A stretch of DNA of 64,000 nt from an uncultured Chloroflexia bacterium (GTDB lineage: Bacteria; Chloroflexota; Limnocylindria; Limnocylindrales; CSP1-4), in contig CAVVJX010000004.1 in assembly GCA_963748675.1 (NCBI GenBank), forward strand, positions 77,767-141,766, written 5' to 3'. A program made the position numbers and the translations under genes. The stretch's first letter is position 1. Each line of letters opens with the position of its first letter. The notes under the pieces were generated by a model. The model was not told the DNA's origin, did not search any database, and saw only the letters and a program-made list of their open reading frames with translations. This document shows, one piece after another, positions 1 to 9,979 of this stretch.

Positions 1-209
1 TTCGAGGTGATGCTCGGGACGCCGGCCATCCGCAACCTCATCAAGGAAGGCAAGTCGAACCAGCTCCGCAACGTCATCGCGACCGGGTCGTCGTTCGGCA
101 TGTACACCCTCGAGGCCGACCTGCGCCGGCTCGTCCGCGAGGGGTCATCTCGATCGAGACCGCCACCGCCGAGACGATCCACCCGAGCGAGCTCGACGCG
201 CGCGACTGA
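1..209 (+). CDS. pilT: Type IV pilus retraction ATPase PilT, C-terminal end (5' part lies outside the window)
   Basis: FEVMLGTPAIRNLIKEGKSNQLRNVIATGSSFGMYTLEADLRRLVREG matches the PilT/PilU C-terminus. The frame breaks in the G4 run at 141-144; adding one G restores ...GVISIETATAETIHPSELDARD* ending at TGA 207-209. Confidence 0.85.
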   Translation, partial: RGDARDAGHPQPHQGRQVEPAPQRHRDRVVVRHVHPRGRPAPARPRGVISIETATAETIHPSELDARD

Positions 210-237
210 CGGCGCCGCGCTGACGACCGGCAAGCGA

Positions 238-263
238 AACGCCCCTCCCGAGGGAGGGGCGTT
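238..263. terminator. Bidirectional hairpin between convergent pilT and the pilin gene
   Basis: Arms AACGCCCCTCCC / GGGAGGGGCGTT are perfectly complementary. On the minus strand the hairpin is followed by TTTCGCTT. A second 8-bp hairpin GTCGGGAG-TGA-CTCCCGAC lies at 279-297. Confidence 0.55.
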
Positions 264-318
264 CTGCGTGTCTGCGAGGTCGGGAGTGACTCCCGACGAT
301 GGTGGCCGGTTCAGCCGG

Positions 319-700
319 CTAGACGCAACCGCCTGTCGCTGCGGCGGAGACGAGCCCCGCGGCGGTCCAGGTGTACGAGCCCTTCGTCTGGGCCTGGCGC
401 AGATAGTTCGGCGACAGGACCTCGGTGCCCGTGCCGACCGGCAGGGCGCGTGAAGGTGTTCGTGGCCGCGGCCTGAGCCGTGACGCCGACGATGTTGTTC
501 TTGGCCAGCATGGCGTCCATGGCGGTCTGGACGGTGCGAAGCTCCTCGGCACAGGCGTTGGTCTTCGCGGTCGCCGTCAGCCCGACGAGGCTGGACGTGA
601 CCACCGCGGCCAGGATCCCGAGGATCGTGACGACGACGAGGAGCTCCACCAACGTGAAGCCTCGCTCATCGCGGTTCGTCCGGCGCAGCGTTCCGATCAT
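319..700 (-). CDS. Type IV major pilin (prepilin)
   Basis: MIGTLRRTNRDERG|FTLVELLVVVTILGILAAV carries the canonical prepilin cleavage/methylation motif. AAGGAG lies upstream of ATG 700. One frame break near 450-460. The C-terminus reads ...KGSYTWTAAGLVSAAATGGCV*. Confidence 0.85.
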
Positions 701-979
701 TCGTTCGTGCTCCTTGTGGTGTCGACCCCGTTGCCGGGGTTCCTCTCGACGTCGCCGATCCGGCGAAATCAGTCCTTCTCGGCGCGTCCGATGACCGAAT
801 CGCGCTGTCATTCGTCATCCTCCGGATATGGGGTCCCCGAAGAACCTGCCCGATGGTCCCGAGCGGCTTGGTACTTCGGATGGCGTCTGCTGGCGTGGAG
901 GGCGGTCAAGTAGAGTTGGACCGTTGCGTCCGGGCACACGCCGGTACCGGGCCGCCGGTACTAATCGCTGGTGCGCGCG

Positions 980-2512
980 CTAGCGGCTCGTCGTCCAGGT
1001 CGTGAGGTTCGGCGACGCTGAGCCGACGTCCGTGTAGGTCGTCGTGACCGTCGAGTTGCCGCCCGTCGATGTGACCGTCACGAGGCCCGGCACGGTGATG
1101 CCCGTCGCGACTTCCAGGAGCAGCGCGTCCCAGTACGGGTTCGGGGTCACGTCGCTCGAGTAGCCGACACGGGCCCTGATGCCGTTCACCGCGCCCGGTG
1201 TCCAGGCCGCCGCAGCCGGCGCCACGATGGCCGACCTGTAGAAGACCGTGGTCTCCGACATGTCGCCGCTGTAGACGATCCGTTCCGTGGCGCCGTCGAA
1301 GAAGCTGGTCTTGCCGTTGTCGGCCGTGGCCGTCTGGGCGTGGTAGGCAAGGACGCCCGAGACGCCCACGACGCAGGCAGCCGTCGTGTCGGCCATGGTG
1401 AGCTCGACGTAGGCCGCCGCGCCGATGGTCTGCTGGCGGACGTAGTCCGTGAGGCTCGTCATCGGGCTTTCGTCGAGCCGCGTGTACGTGTTGGCGTCGA
1501 TGGCGGAGCCGTCGTCGTTGCGGAACGAGCCCGGTGTCGCGCTCGTGCCCATGCCGTTCGGCCGGAGGGCGACGACCGTGCCGGCGCCGATCGGATAGTC
1601 GCCGGACGTCGTCGAGATCATGACGTCGTCGTAGTTGGACGTGTAGACATCGGCGTTCACGGTGGACCCGAAGCGGACCGTGTTGATCGTGGTCCCGGCC
1701 TGCGCCGGCGCGATCGGGGAGGTCTGGGCCACCCCATCGATCTGCCATGCCACCGTCCGGGGATTCGTGTTGGCGACGAAGCGCAGGTCCAGCCGGTACC
1801 AGGTCCCGGCGCTCACTGCCGACGCGGAGGTGGTCACCGCGCCCCCACCGAACCGGACGGTCAGTCGCTGGCCCGTCGTCTGGTATCCGATACGCAGGTC
1901 GTTGCCGGCGGCCGCGTCGATGGACAGCAGCTCCAGCACGTTCGCGGCCGGGAGCGTCGCCAGGCGCACGTAGACGCGGAGCACGGTGGTGGTGCCGGCG
2001 GCCGCGATCCTGGCGCTGTGGTTCGCACCGGTCGGGTCGACGATCCGCAGGGAGTAGGCACCGGTCCGCGCGACGGCGTTGTCCGCGGTCACGCCGGCGC
2101 CATTGACGTTCGAGAAGAGGCCGCCGCCGGACTGGCTGACGGCGCCGGACTCGAAGCCGGTCACCCTGATCGGCGTCGGGGTGGGGCAGGGGACGAAGCC
2201 GGTGATGCCGACGGTCGAGTTCACCGTGAGGCCGTTCACCGTGATGTTCGGCGGGTTGCCGGCGTTGCCGTTGCGCTGCCACCACATGCCGAGCTCCGCG
2301 CCGGCATCGGCCGCGTAGAGGTCGCCCGCCTGCGCCTCGTTGGCGACGGTCGTCCGGAGCGCCACCGACGCGTGGACGGCGAGCGCGCTGCCCATCAGGA
2401 ACAGCACGGTGACGAGCGTCAGGATGATCGCGAGCGACTGCCCCCGCTCGTCGCGATGGAGTCGGACGACGGCGCCCGAGAAGGCGTGCCGACGCCGCAC
2501 GCGCGGCGACAT
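980..2512 (-). CDS. PilX_N-like membrane-anchored protein with a large beta-rich, lectin/LamG-like C-terminal region; candidate pilus-associated adhesin
   Basis: Uninterrupted 1.5-kb frame with high GC3, starting at ATG 2512. The N-terminus ...HRDERGQSLAIILTLVTVLFLMGSALAV resembles PilX/TadG-type anchors and lacks Glu+5. The rest is Thr/Gly/Val-rich (AYSLRIVDP..LRVYVRL..TWYRLDLRF). It sits between the minor pilins and the major pilin. Confidence 0.6.
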   Translation of the reverse strand: MSPRVRRRHAFSGAVVRLHRDERGQSLAIILTLVTVLFLMGSALAVHASVALRTTVANEAQAGDLYAADAGAELGMWWQRNGNAGNPPNITVNGLTVNSTVGITGFVPCPTPTPIRVTGFESGAVSQSGGGLFSNVNGAGVTADNAVARTGAYSLRIVDPTGANHSARIAAAGTTTVLRVYVRLATLPAANVLELLSIDAAAGNDLRIGYQTTGQRLTVRFGGGAVTTSASAVSAGTWYRLDLRFVANTNPRTVAWQIDGVAQTSPIAPAQAGTTINTVRFGSTVNADVYTSNYDDVMISTTSGDYPIGAGTVVALRPNGMGTSATPGSFRNDDGSAIDANTYTRLDESPMTSLTDYVRQQTIGAAAYVELTMADTTAACVVGVSGVLAYHAQTATADNGKTSFFDGATERIVYSGDMSETTVFYRSAIVAPAAAAWTPGAVNGIRARVGYSSDVTPNPYWDALLLEVATGITVPGLVTVTSTGGNSTVTTTYTDVGSASPNLTTWTTSR

Positions 2513-3055
2513 CACCACAGCCTCGGGGCGGCGCGCATCGTCAGGGTCGTGCGCCTCGCCGCTGGCCCCGAGCAGCGAGAACGTCACGACGATCGTGTAG
2601 CGGCCGGTCCCGACCTGGACGGCCTGCCAGGAGCAGCTCGAGACGTTCTTCATCATGGTCCGCGTCCCGGCCCCGCTGACGCGCTGGAACCAGAGCGGCC
2701 CGGACGGGCTGCCGGCGACGGTGCGGTAGCGGACCGACGCGCCGCCCTCCTGGAACCCGAGATCGATGGTCGTGGCGCACGAGACCGAGCTCGTCTGCGT
2801 CCTGGCCGACGCGCCGGTGGTGGCCATCGTCCCGTCGCGGTCGAAGCTCAGCGAGGTGATCGAGACGTCGCCGGCGAACTGGCTGCGGTCGTCGGCCCGC
2901 TTGCGCAGGTCGTTGGTCGTGAAGATCGACGTCGCCACGACGCCCATCACCATCGCGCCGATGACCGTGCCCACGAGGAGCTCGGTCAGCGTCGCGCCAC
3001 GAGAATCGCCGTGCAGCCGACGGATCGACGTCAGCCGACGGGATCGCCGGGTCAT
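2512..3055 (-). CDS. Minor (pseudo)pilin with prepilin-type N-terminal domain
   Basis: MTRRSRRLTSIRRLHGDSRG|ATLTELLVGTVIGAMVMGVV. ATG 3055 is in an ATGA overlap with the upstream gene. There is no in-frame stop before 2512; an indel near 2530 would give ...TLTMRAAPRLW* ending in a TGATG overlap. Confidence 0.7.
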
Positions 3056-3461
3056 CGCGAGGCCTTCGAGAACTCGATCGTCGCGAGCGGCGAACCGGAA
3101 TGGGAGATGGTCATCGCGACCTTCTGGAGCCCGTTCGCGTTCTGGGTCCCGGACCAGGCGGACGATCCCGTTCCACCACGTGACGGTGATGGATCGAGAG
3201 AAGCCGCTCGGGAGCGTCTCGTAGTAGGCTGCTGTAGTCGCCGTCGGCCTGGTAGGGGGCCGCGACGATGCGGGCGGCCTGGGCCCGGGCAACGGTCTGC
3301 CCGATCGCCCGGTCCTCGGCATCGCGACTCGCGATCGCGAAGGTCGAGAGGCTGGCCATCAGCGCGACCAGGGCGATGCCCAGGAGCGCCGACGACACCA
3401 GCGACTCGACCAGTCCGACGCCGCGCTGGTCCTCGTGGAGCCGTCGGAGCCAGCGCTTCAT
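3052..3461 (-). CDS. Minor (pseudo)pilin with prepilin-type N-terminal domain
   Basis: MKRWLRRLHEDQRG|VGLVESLVSSALLGIALVAL. ATGA overlap with the pilC stop. Two frame breaks (about 3235 and 3145) must be repaired to reach ...NANGLQKVAMTISHSGSPLATIEFSKASR* (TGA 3052-3054). Confidence 0.7.
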
Positions 3462-4588
3462 CTGATCTGGTGCAGGATGCTGTACATCGGCGTGACGACC
3501 GAGAGCGCGACGAATCCGACGACCATCGCCACGCCCAGGACGAGCATCGGCTCGATGATCGTGACCATCTGCTTGGTCTTGTAGTCGAGCTCGTCGTCGA
3601 GGAAGTCGGCCGCCTGGTCGAGGTAGCGGTCGAGCGTGCCGGTCTCCTCGCCGACCTTGATCATCTGGATCAGCAACGAGCCGAACAGCCCCGACGCCTT
3701 CAGCGGGACCGTGATCCCCTCGCCGGCGAGGAGGCCGTCCCGGACGGGACTCAGGCGTCGGACGTAGGTCTGGTTGCCGGTGCCGGTCGTCGCGATGTCG
3801 AAGGCGCGCGAGATCGGGACGCCGGCCCGCAGCAGGATCCCGAGCGTCCGGGCGAAGCGGGACTCCATGCCGAGCTTGACCAGGCCACCGACGTACGGGA
3901 TGTGGAGGACCACGCGCTGGCGGATGCGGCGCACCCGTGTCGTGTTGCGGACGATCGAGAAGAGCATGATCGCGACCAGGACGATGCCGACGACCTGGAC
4001 CCCGTAGGCGCCGCCGAACGCCCCGACGGCCAGCATGATCTGCGTCGGCAGCGGCAGCTCCGCCTCGAAGTCGGCGAAGAGCGTGACGAACGATGGCAGC
4101 ACGACCGTGGTCAGGATGGCGATGACGACCGCGGCGAGGATGAGCACGATGCTCGGGTAGAGCATCGCCTGGCGGATGCGACGGGACGTCGCCTCGGCCC
4201 GCTCCAGGTACTTGGCGAGCTGGTCGAGGACCGTGTCGAGCTCGCCGGTCGCCTCGGCCGCGACGATCATGTCCACGTAGAGTCGGGAGAAGACCCGCGG
4301 GTGGCGGGCGAGCGAGCTCGACAGCGGCTCACCGTTGCGGAGCTGGGCGCTGAGGTCGTCGAGCGTGTCGCGGAACACCTTCGAGACGGCCTGCTCGCGG
4401 ACGACCTCGATGCCGTCGAGGATCGGGATGCCGGCCCGGATGAACGTCGCCATCATCCGGCTGAAGAGGACCAGCTCGACGCGCTTGATGGAGTTGAGCC
4501 CGGGGATGATCCGCTCGAGGACGCTCGGCTTCGCGGGCCCGATGGGCTTGACGCCGCGGCGGCTGCGGATCCCGGTGAGGCCTGTCAT
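3458..4588 (-). CDS. pilC: Type IV pilus platform protein PilC (GspF family)
   Basis: Intact 376-aa ORF showing the duplicated GspF-type architecture (cytoplasmic helical domains alternating with hydrophobic segments). ATGA overlaps with pilB and with the downstream pilin gene. Confidence 0.9.
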   Translation of the reverse strand: MTGLTGIRSRRGVKPIGPAKPSVLERIIPGLNSIKRVELVLFSRMMATFIRAGIPILDGIEVVREQAVSKVFRDTLDDLSAQLRNGEPLSSSLARHPRVFSRLYVDMIVAAEATGELDTVLDQLAKYLERAEATSRRIRQAMLYPSIVLILAAVVIAILTTVVLPSFVTLFADFEAELPLPTQIMLAVGAFGGAYGVQVVGIVLVAIMLFSIVRNTTRVRRIRQRVVLHIPYVGGLVKLGMESRFARTLGILLRAGVPISRAFDIATTGTGNQTYVRRLSPVRDGLLAGEGITVPLKASGLFGSLLIQMIKVGEETGTLDRYLDQAADFLDDELDYKTKQMVTIIEPMLVLGVAMVVGFVALSVVTPMYSILHQIR

Positions 4589-6361
4589 CAGCTGGTCACC
4601 CCACGAAGCGCTTCGCTGACCGTCGTGATGCCGGCCGCGGCCTTGCGGAGGGCGTCGGTCCGCATCGGGACCATGCCGTCCTCGAGCGCCTGGTCGCGGA
4701 CCTCGTCGTAGTGGGCGTTGGCCGCGACAAGGCGACGGACGTCCGGCGTGACGCGGAGCAGCTCATACGCCCCGACGCGGTCGAGGTAGCCGGTGCCGGC
4801 ACAGTACGTGCAGCCCCGGCCGAGGAACGCGTGCGGCGGCGGCGTCAGCCGTGCCGCCTCGTAGAGCGACTGCTCCTCGGCGGTCGGCTCGATCTCGATC
4901 CGGCAGTGCGAGCAGACGCGTCGCATCAGCCGCTGGCCGATGACGCCGGTGACGCTGGCCGACACGAGGAACGGCTCGATGCCCATCTCGAGGAGGCGGA
5001 AGAGCGCGCTCACGGCGTCCGTCGCGTGCATCGACGACAACACGAGGTGGCCGGTCATCGACGCCTGGACCGCGATCTCGGCCGTCTCCCGGTCGCGCAT
5101 CTCGCCGACGAGGATCACGTCCGGGTCCTGGCGCAGGATCGCCCGGAGGCCGAGGGCGAAGGTGAGCCCGGCGGCCGCGTTGACCTGTGTCTGGTTGACG
5201 TTCTCGAAGGTGTACTCGACCGGATCCTCGATGGTCGTCACGTTGAGGGCGGCGCGGTCGAGTTCGTTGATCGACGCGTAGAGGGTCGTGGTCTTGCCGC
5301 TGCCCGTGGGTCCGGCCACGATGATCATGCCGTAGCGCGAGCCCGAGCAGCCGCTGGTAGACCGGCTGGACGTCGGCCGGGACGCCGAGCTGGGTCAGGC
5401 GCAGGACCGACCGATCGCGGTCGAGCAGGCGCATGACGACCTTCTCGCCCCAGATCGTGCGCATCGTGGCCACGCGGATGTCGACCGAGCGCCCATCGAC
5501 GTCGAGGGTGATCTGGCCGTCCTGGGCCCGCTGCTTCTCGACGATGTTGAGCTCGGCGAGGATCTTGATCCGGCTCACGAGACCCGGTGCCAGGTCGGAG
5601 GGGAGTTCCGCGACCTCGCGCAGGATGCCGTCGACCCGGGCGCGGATCCGCAGGCCCGTCGCGTGCGGCTCGAGATGGAGGTCGCTGGCCCGGTCGCGCA
5701 GGGCCTGGGCGACGAGCAGGTTGACGATCTGGACGACCGGCGCGGTCTCGAGGGCCTGGAGTTGCGGCGCGGCGGTCTTGGTGACCACGGGGGCCGACGT
5801 GGGACGCGTGCTGGTGAATGCCGAGACCTGGGCCGCGAGGTCGCCGACACGGTAGCGGTGGCGGATCGCGTCGTCGATCTCGGAACGGAGCGAGAGCAAC
5901 GGGATGACGGGTCGTCCGACGAGTGCGGCGACCTCATCGAGCATGGTCTGGTTGCCCGGGTCGTCGGTCGCGACGAGGAGGTCCTCGTCGGCCCGGCCGG
6001 AGAAGGCGAGGGGCATCACCCACAGCCGTCGGGCATCGGCCTCGGACAGCGTGCGCATCGCGGCTTCGTCGCTCGGGCGCTCGCGCAGGTCCACGAGCGG
6101 CGTGTCGAGCTGGACCGCGAGGACCGCGGCGAGGGCGACCTCGTCGATGACGCCGTCCTCGCGCAGGATCTCGCCGAGGCGCTTGCGTCGTTCGCGCTGG
6201 GCGCCAAGGGCGTCGAGCAGTTGGGCGTCGGTGACCAGGCCGGCTCGCAGGAGCAGGTCGCCCATCCGCGGCGTCGGCGGGCCGGTGGGCGCGGGCGGTT
6301 CGATCGGTGCGTCGGCGCCGTCGAGCGCGAGCTGTGCGGCGGGGATCATGGCGTCGACCAT
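4588..6361 (-). CDS. pilB: Type IV pilus assembly ATPase PilB (GspE family)
   Basis: Walker A GPTGSGKTTTLYAS, HLVLSSMHATDA, and a CSHC...CTYC tetracysteine motif. One frame break near 5330-5345; removing one G gives ...QRLLGSRYGMIIVAGPTGSGK. Confidence 0.9.
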
Positions 6362-6855
6362 CAGGCGACTCCCGGCCAGAAGAAGCCGGCCAGCTGGCGC
6401 CCGGCCAGGGCCGCGGTCGCGGCGCCGACGGCGAGGGCCGGGGCGAACGGCAGCGGGTCGCGGCGGCCGAGCCGCCCGATCGCGATCAGCAGGAGGCCCG
6501 CGACCGACCCGAGCGCGAACGCGACGAAGAGCGCGATGAGGACCGCGGGGAACCCGGCGACGAGGCCGATGAGTGCCGCGAGCTTGGCGTCACCGCCGCC
6601 CATCGCGCCCCCACCGATGGCCCCGAGGAGGATGAAGAAGGCGGCGGCACCGACCCCGGAGAGCAGGAACGACCACCACGCCCCGTCGGGACGCACGAAG
6701 GCGACGACGAGCGCGACGAGGATGGCCGGATACACGGCGATGTTGGGGATCTGGTGTCGACGGACGTCGTACACGGAGATGCCGATCAGGAAGGCCGCGT
6801 AGCCCACCACGAGCGGGACGGTCCATCCCGGCCAGCTCGACAGGGTCTCGAACAC
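6361..6855 (-). CDS. pilD: Prepilin peptidase, A24 family (short form without methyltransferase domain)
   Basis: Intact 164-aa hydrophobic ORF with catalytic-type Asp contexts YDVRRHQIPN and GGGDAKL. ATGA overlap with the pilB start. Confidence 0.8.
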   Translation of the reverse strand: MFETLSSWPGWTVPLVVGYAAFLIGISVYDVRRHQIPNIAVYPAILVALVVAFVRPDGAWWSFLLSGVGAAAFFILLGAIGGGAMGGGDAKLAALIGLVAGFPAVLIALFVAFALGSVAGLLLIAIGRLGRRDPLPFAPALAVGAATAALAGRQLAGFFWPGVA

Positions 6856-7063
6856 TCGTCATGCACCTCGGTCGTCGTGGCGGCACGCATGGCCGACGGC
6901 ACGACTCGCGGTTTCGCCTGCACGGTCATACGGGTCGACCGGGCATGCTGGTCCGCTCCCAGAAGGTATGGAGGTCCGGCGAGCGCGGCCATGGTACGAA
7001 CGTCGCCCCACCACACCTGACCGGCCCGAAGGGTGGCGGACCGCAGCGGCGGCGAGATGGTCC

Positions 7064-7688
7064 TCAGCGATCGAGGTGGCAGGCCTCGTTCCAGGTCTCG
7101 ATGACCGGCTGCTCGCGATCCCAGCCGAGGATCGAGACCGTGGCCGTGGCGAGCGCGAACAACCCGCCGGACGCCGGTGGCAGACGCAGCCAGCGTGCGG
7201 CGAGCACCCGCAGGAGGTGACCGTGGCTGAACAGCAGCGCGTCGCCCGCGACACCGGGGTCCAGGCAGCGCGCCAGCACGCGGTCGGCCCGCCGTCGCCA
7301 CCTCGTCCGCGGTCTCGCCGCCGGGCCATGGGCCGGCCCAGATCGACCAGTCCGGGAGGTCCGTGCGGATGTCCACGGTGCGGCGGCCCTCGAGATCGCC
7401 GTAGTCCCACTCGGCGAGGTCGGCGTCGATCTCGGCGGTGTCGCCGAAGCCCGCCAGGCGCGCGGTATCGCTCGCGCGCGAGAGGGGACTGGTGAGGACG
7501 AGCGAGTACGAGTGACCGGCAAGCGTTCGCCCGAGCGCCACGGCCTGCTCCCGGCCCAGGTCCGTGAGAGGGATGTCCGTCCGGCCGGTGTGGCGCCCGA
7601 GCCGCGCCCACTCGGTCTCGCCGTGGCGGACCAGCCAGAGCTGGCGCTCGGCGGGCGGATCGGCCGCCGGCTCGATCGGGTCAGTCAC
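7064..7688 (-). CDS. Histidine phosphatase (phosphoglycerate mutase) family protein
   Basis: LWLVRHGETEWARLGRHTGRTDIPLT carries the RHG motif, followed later by ...LLFSHGHLLRVLAARWL. One frame break near 7290. Confidence 0.8.
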
Positions 7689-7782
7689 GCGTCGTCGCCG
7701 GGCGGGACGATCTCAGGGTCCACGGCCCCATCGTACGGGACGGTCGGGACCGCCGAATCGACGGTCGGACCGTCGCTCCGGG

Positions 7783-8363
7783 TCAGTCGGACGTGCGACG
7801 CGGACGGACCGAGAGGACGAGCAGCAGGACGCCGAACCCGATCGAGATCACCGGCCAGACCGCCGCGAGGTCGACTGCGGGCATGGTCTCGCGGATGAAG
7901 AACGCGCCGCCGACCAGGATGAGGATCGCGCCGATGATCACGGCGACGGTCCGGCCGTCACCGGATGCCCGGGGCGCCGGGTTCGCCCAGCTCCCCGCGG
8001 GCGTCGGCGACGTGGTCGCGCCGGCGGGTGTCGCCGCGCGCGCGCGGGCGTCGTCGCGCCGGGTGCGGTGCCCGCATACGGCACCACCCGGCCATCGGGT
8101 CCGAGCCAGCCACCGGGCGGGACCGGCTCGTGGGGCGCTGCCGCGGCCGCGCTGCTGCGGGCCGCATCCCAGCCGTCGGGAGCCTCGGGCACGACGATGG
8201 CCATGACGATGTAGACGAGCAGGCCGAGCCCGCCGCTCAGCACGGTGATCACGACCCACACGACCCGGATGATCGACGGGTCGGCGTCCATCACCCTGGC
8301 GAGTCCGCCGGCGACGCCCGCGAGCATCCGATCGTCGCGCGAGCGATACAGTCGGTCAGCCAC
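7783..8363 (-). CDS. PspC domain membrane protein
   Basis: (GTG)ADRLYRSRDDRMLAGVAGGLARVMDADPSIIRVVWVVITVLSGGLGLLVYIVMAIVVP is a PspC domain. The C-terminal TM segment lies in another frame (...VAVIIGAILILVGGAFFIRE...), so at least 2 frame breaks are needed. Confidence 0.75.
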
Positions 8364-9361
8364 GACAGCCCTCCTCGGGGTTCAGGGTGAACGAGGCGGC
8401 GTTGCCCTCGGTGACGAGGTCGATGCGCTGCGCCGCGGTGTCGAAGTCGGGCGACGTCCACGTCTCCCCGTTCTGCACGAGGCCATGGTCCTCGTAGTCG
8501 AACGAGCTGAAGACGCTGTCGGTCGTCTGCAGTCGCACGGCCACGCCCGCGGGCACGCACAGCTCGACCGACGCGGCATTGGCCTCGATCACGCCGCGCG
8601 TCGACGTCGCCGGCAGCGTCAGCCCGAGTGAGCCGGCGTTCATCTCGATGAGGATCTCGGTCACGACTCGCGCGCTCGACAGGTCGACGGTGGAGCTGCC
8701 CGCGCTCGTTTCGAGGTCCAGCACGTCCAGGGTGGCGCCCGCGAGGTCGAAGGTCGCCGACCCGGCATCGATCTCGGCATGGAGCCCGAGGTGCGGCTCC
8801 GTCGGCAACGCGACCCGCCACGTCGTGTGACGACCGATGAGATCGAGCGGCCCGCGTTCGCCATCGTGCGAGTGCACGGCGAGTAACCCCTCGTCGCTCC
8901 GGATCTCCGGACCGCCGGGTGTCCGATCCTCGCCCTCGACGGACCAGCCGTTGCCCGTCTGGGTCGTGACCGTGACGTCACCGCAGTCCAGGTCCAGCTC
9001 GACCTCGGCGTCCTCGAACAGGGCGCCGGACTGCGACGGGAACGAGACCGCACGCTCGGCCTGACCGCAGAAGTCAGTCGGGGAACCCGGTCCCGCCGGC
9101 GGCCACGAGGCTGCCGACCATGACGCCCGCAGTGACCGCGACCAGCAGCCCGCCGAGGCCCTCGAACGGGGTCTTGCGCAGGATCAGCCCGAGACCGATC
9201 GCGACGACGAGGAGCGGCCAGAACCGCCACCACTCGGCGACCTGGTCCTGGGTCAGCGCGCCGCCACGGACGGCGAGCGGGACGGCCCCGACCAGGATGA
9301 AGAAGAGGCCCCAGCCGACGAACGCGCGATCGATCCGCATCGCACCACCCTCAACGCTCAA
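8356..9361 (-). CDS. Membrane-anchored DUF4097 / toastrack (LiaF/LiaG-like) protein
   Basis: N-terminal TM block (RIDRAFVGWGLFFILVGAVPLAV...) joins, after a 1-nt frame break at about 9075, to a repetitive beta-type domain (...VELDLDCGDVTVTT...IDAGSATFDL...MNAGSLGLTL...ANAASVELCV...). Confidence 0.65.
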
Positions 9362-9466
9362 CGACCGATTCGCATCGGCCGATCGACCGGGTCCGAGTGC
9401 GACACCCGTATGCTAGCCTCGCCCGCAAGCACGCATCGAGTGCGTCCTGAGCCCAGGAGGATGTCC

Positions 9467-9979
9467 ATGCGCTTGAGCGACTGGCGCGCCGCCGCGCCGC
9501 GCAAGGATTCGATGGCGCCCAAGGTCGTCGCGACCATCGAGGCGGCGCTGTCCATGCTGGGTGCCGATGCCGATCCGGAGTGCTGGGTGGCCTGGGGTGA
9601 TGACCCGGCCATCCGTTACACGGTCTTCGTCCCCGAGCCCGCCGGCCTGGCCCAGATCAACGTCCGGGTGAACGTGCCGGGCGAGGGTCCGCGGGCGGCC
9701 GGGAAGCTCATCCGCTGGAACCGGATCCAGCTCGGTGAACTGGCGATCGAGATCCAGGGCGGTCACCGGCTGATCAACTTCCAGGTCGAGGGCAACGTCC
9801 TGCGCGGCTCCGACGCCGACGCCGATGTCGTCGCCGAGTTCGTCATGGGCCTCTACGACGCGGTCGACGGCCGCAGCGCGCCGGTCGCGGTCGTGGCCGC
9901 GTCCGGTCCGGCCCCGGCCAAGGCCAAGCGACGCGGCAAGCCGGTCCCGCTCCTGCCGCCGCCGAAGGCCGACCGCTGA
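9467..9979 (+). CDS. Hypothetical protein (intact; no family recognised)
   Basis: AGGAGG at 9455-9460 with ATG at 9461 and 9467. High-GC3 frame with no interruptions. Product reads MRLSDWRAAAPRKDSMAPKVVATIEAAL... Confidence 0.55.
   Translation: MRLSDWRAAAPRKDSMAPKVVATIEAALSMLGADADPECWVAWGDDPAIRYTVFVPEPAGLAQINVRVNVPGEGPRAAGKLIRWNRIQLGELAIEIQGGHRLINFQVEGNVLRGSDADADVVAEFVMGLYDAVDGRSAPVAVVAASGPAPAKAKRRGKPVPLLPPPKADR

Noticed and set aside
701-979. A sigma-54 (TGGCAC-N5-TTGC) promoter upstream of the major pilin gene.
   Set aside because: There is no adequate match on the minus strand. The only TGGTAC-like element (about 869-875) is on the wrong strand.
980-3322. A 780-aa single ORF in the track, suggesting a giant pilus protein.
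   Set aside because: It contains three separate genes, with starts at 3055 and 2512 that have overlap contexts and their own prepilin or anchor N-termini, plus the out-of-frame tail of a fourth gene. The continuity comes from missing stops after indels.
1340-4711. A very long plus-strand ORF (1123 aa), and similar long ORFs such as 906-2285 (minus), 5663-6802 (plus), 10414-11505 (minus), 34865-36046 (minus), 47644-48951 (minus) and 61445-63298 (minus).
   Set aside because: They are antisense or off-frame to clearly identified genes. Their translations are Arg/Gly/Asp/Pro-rich, which is typical of spurious open frames in very high-GC DNA.
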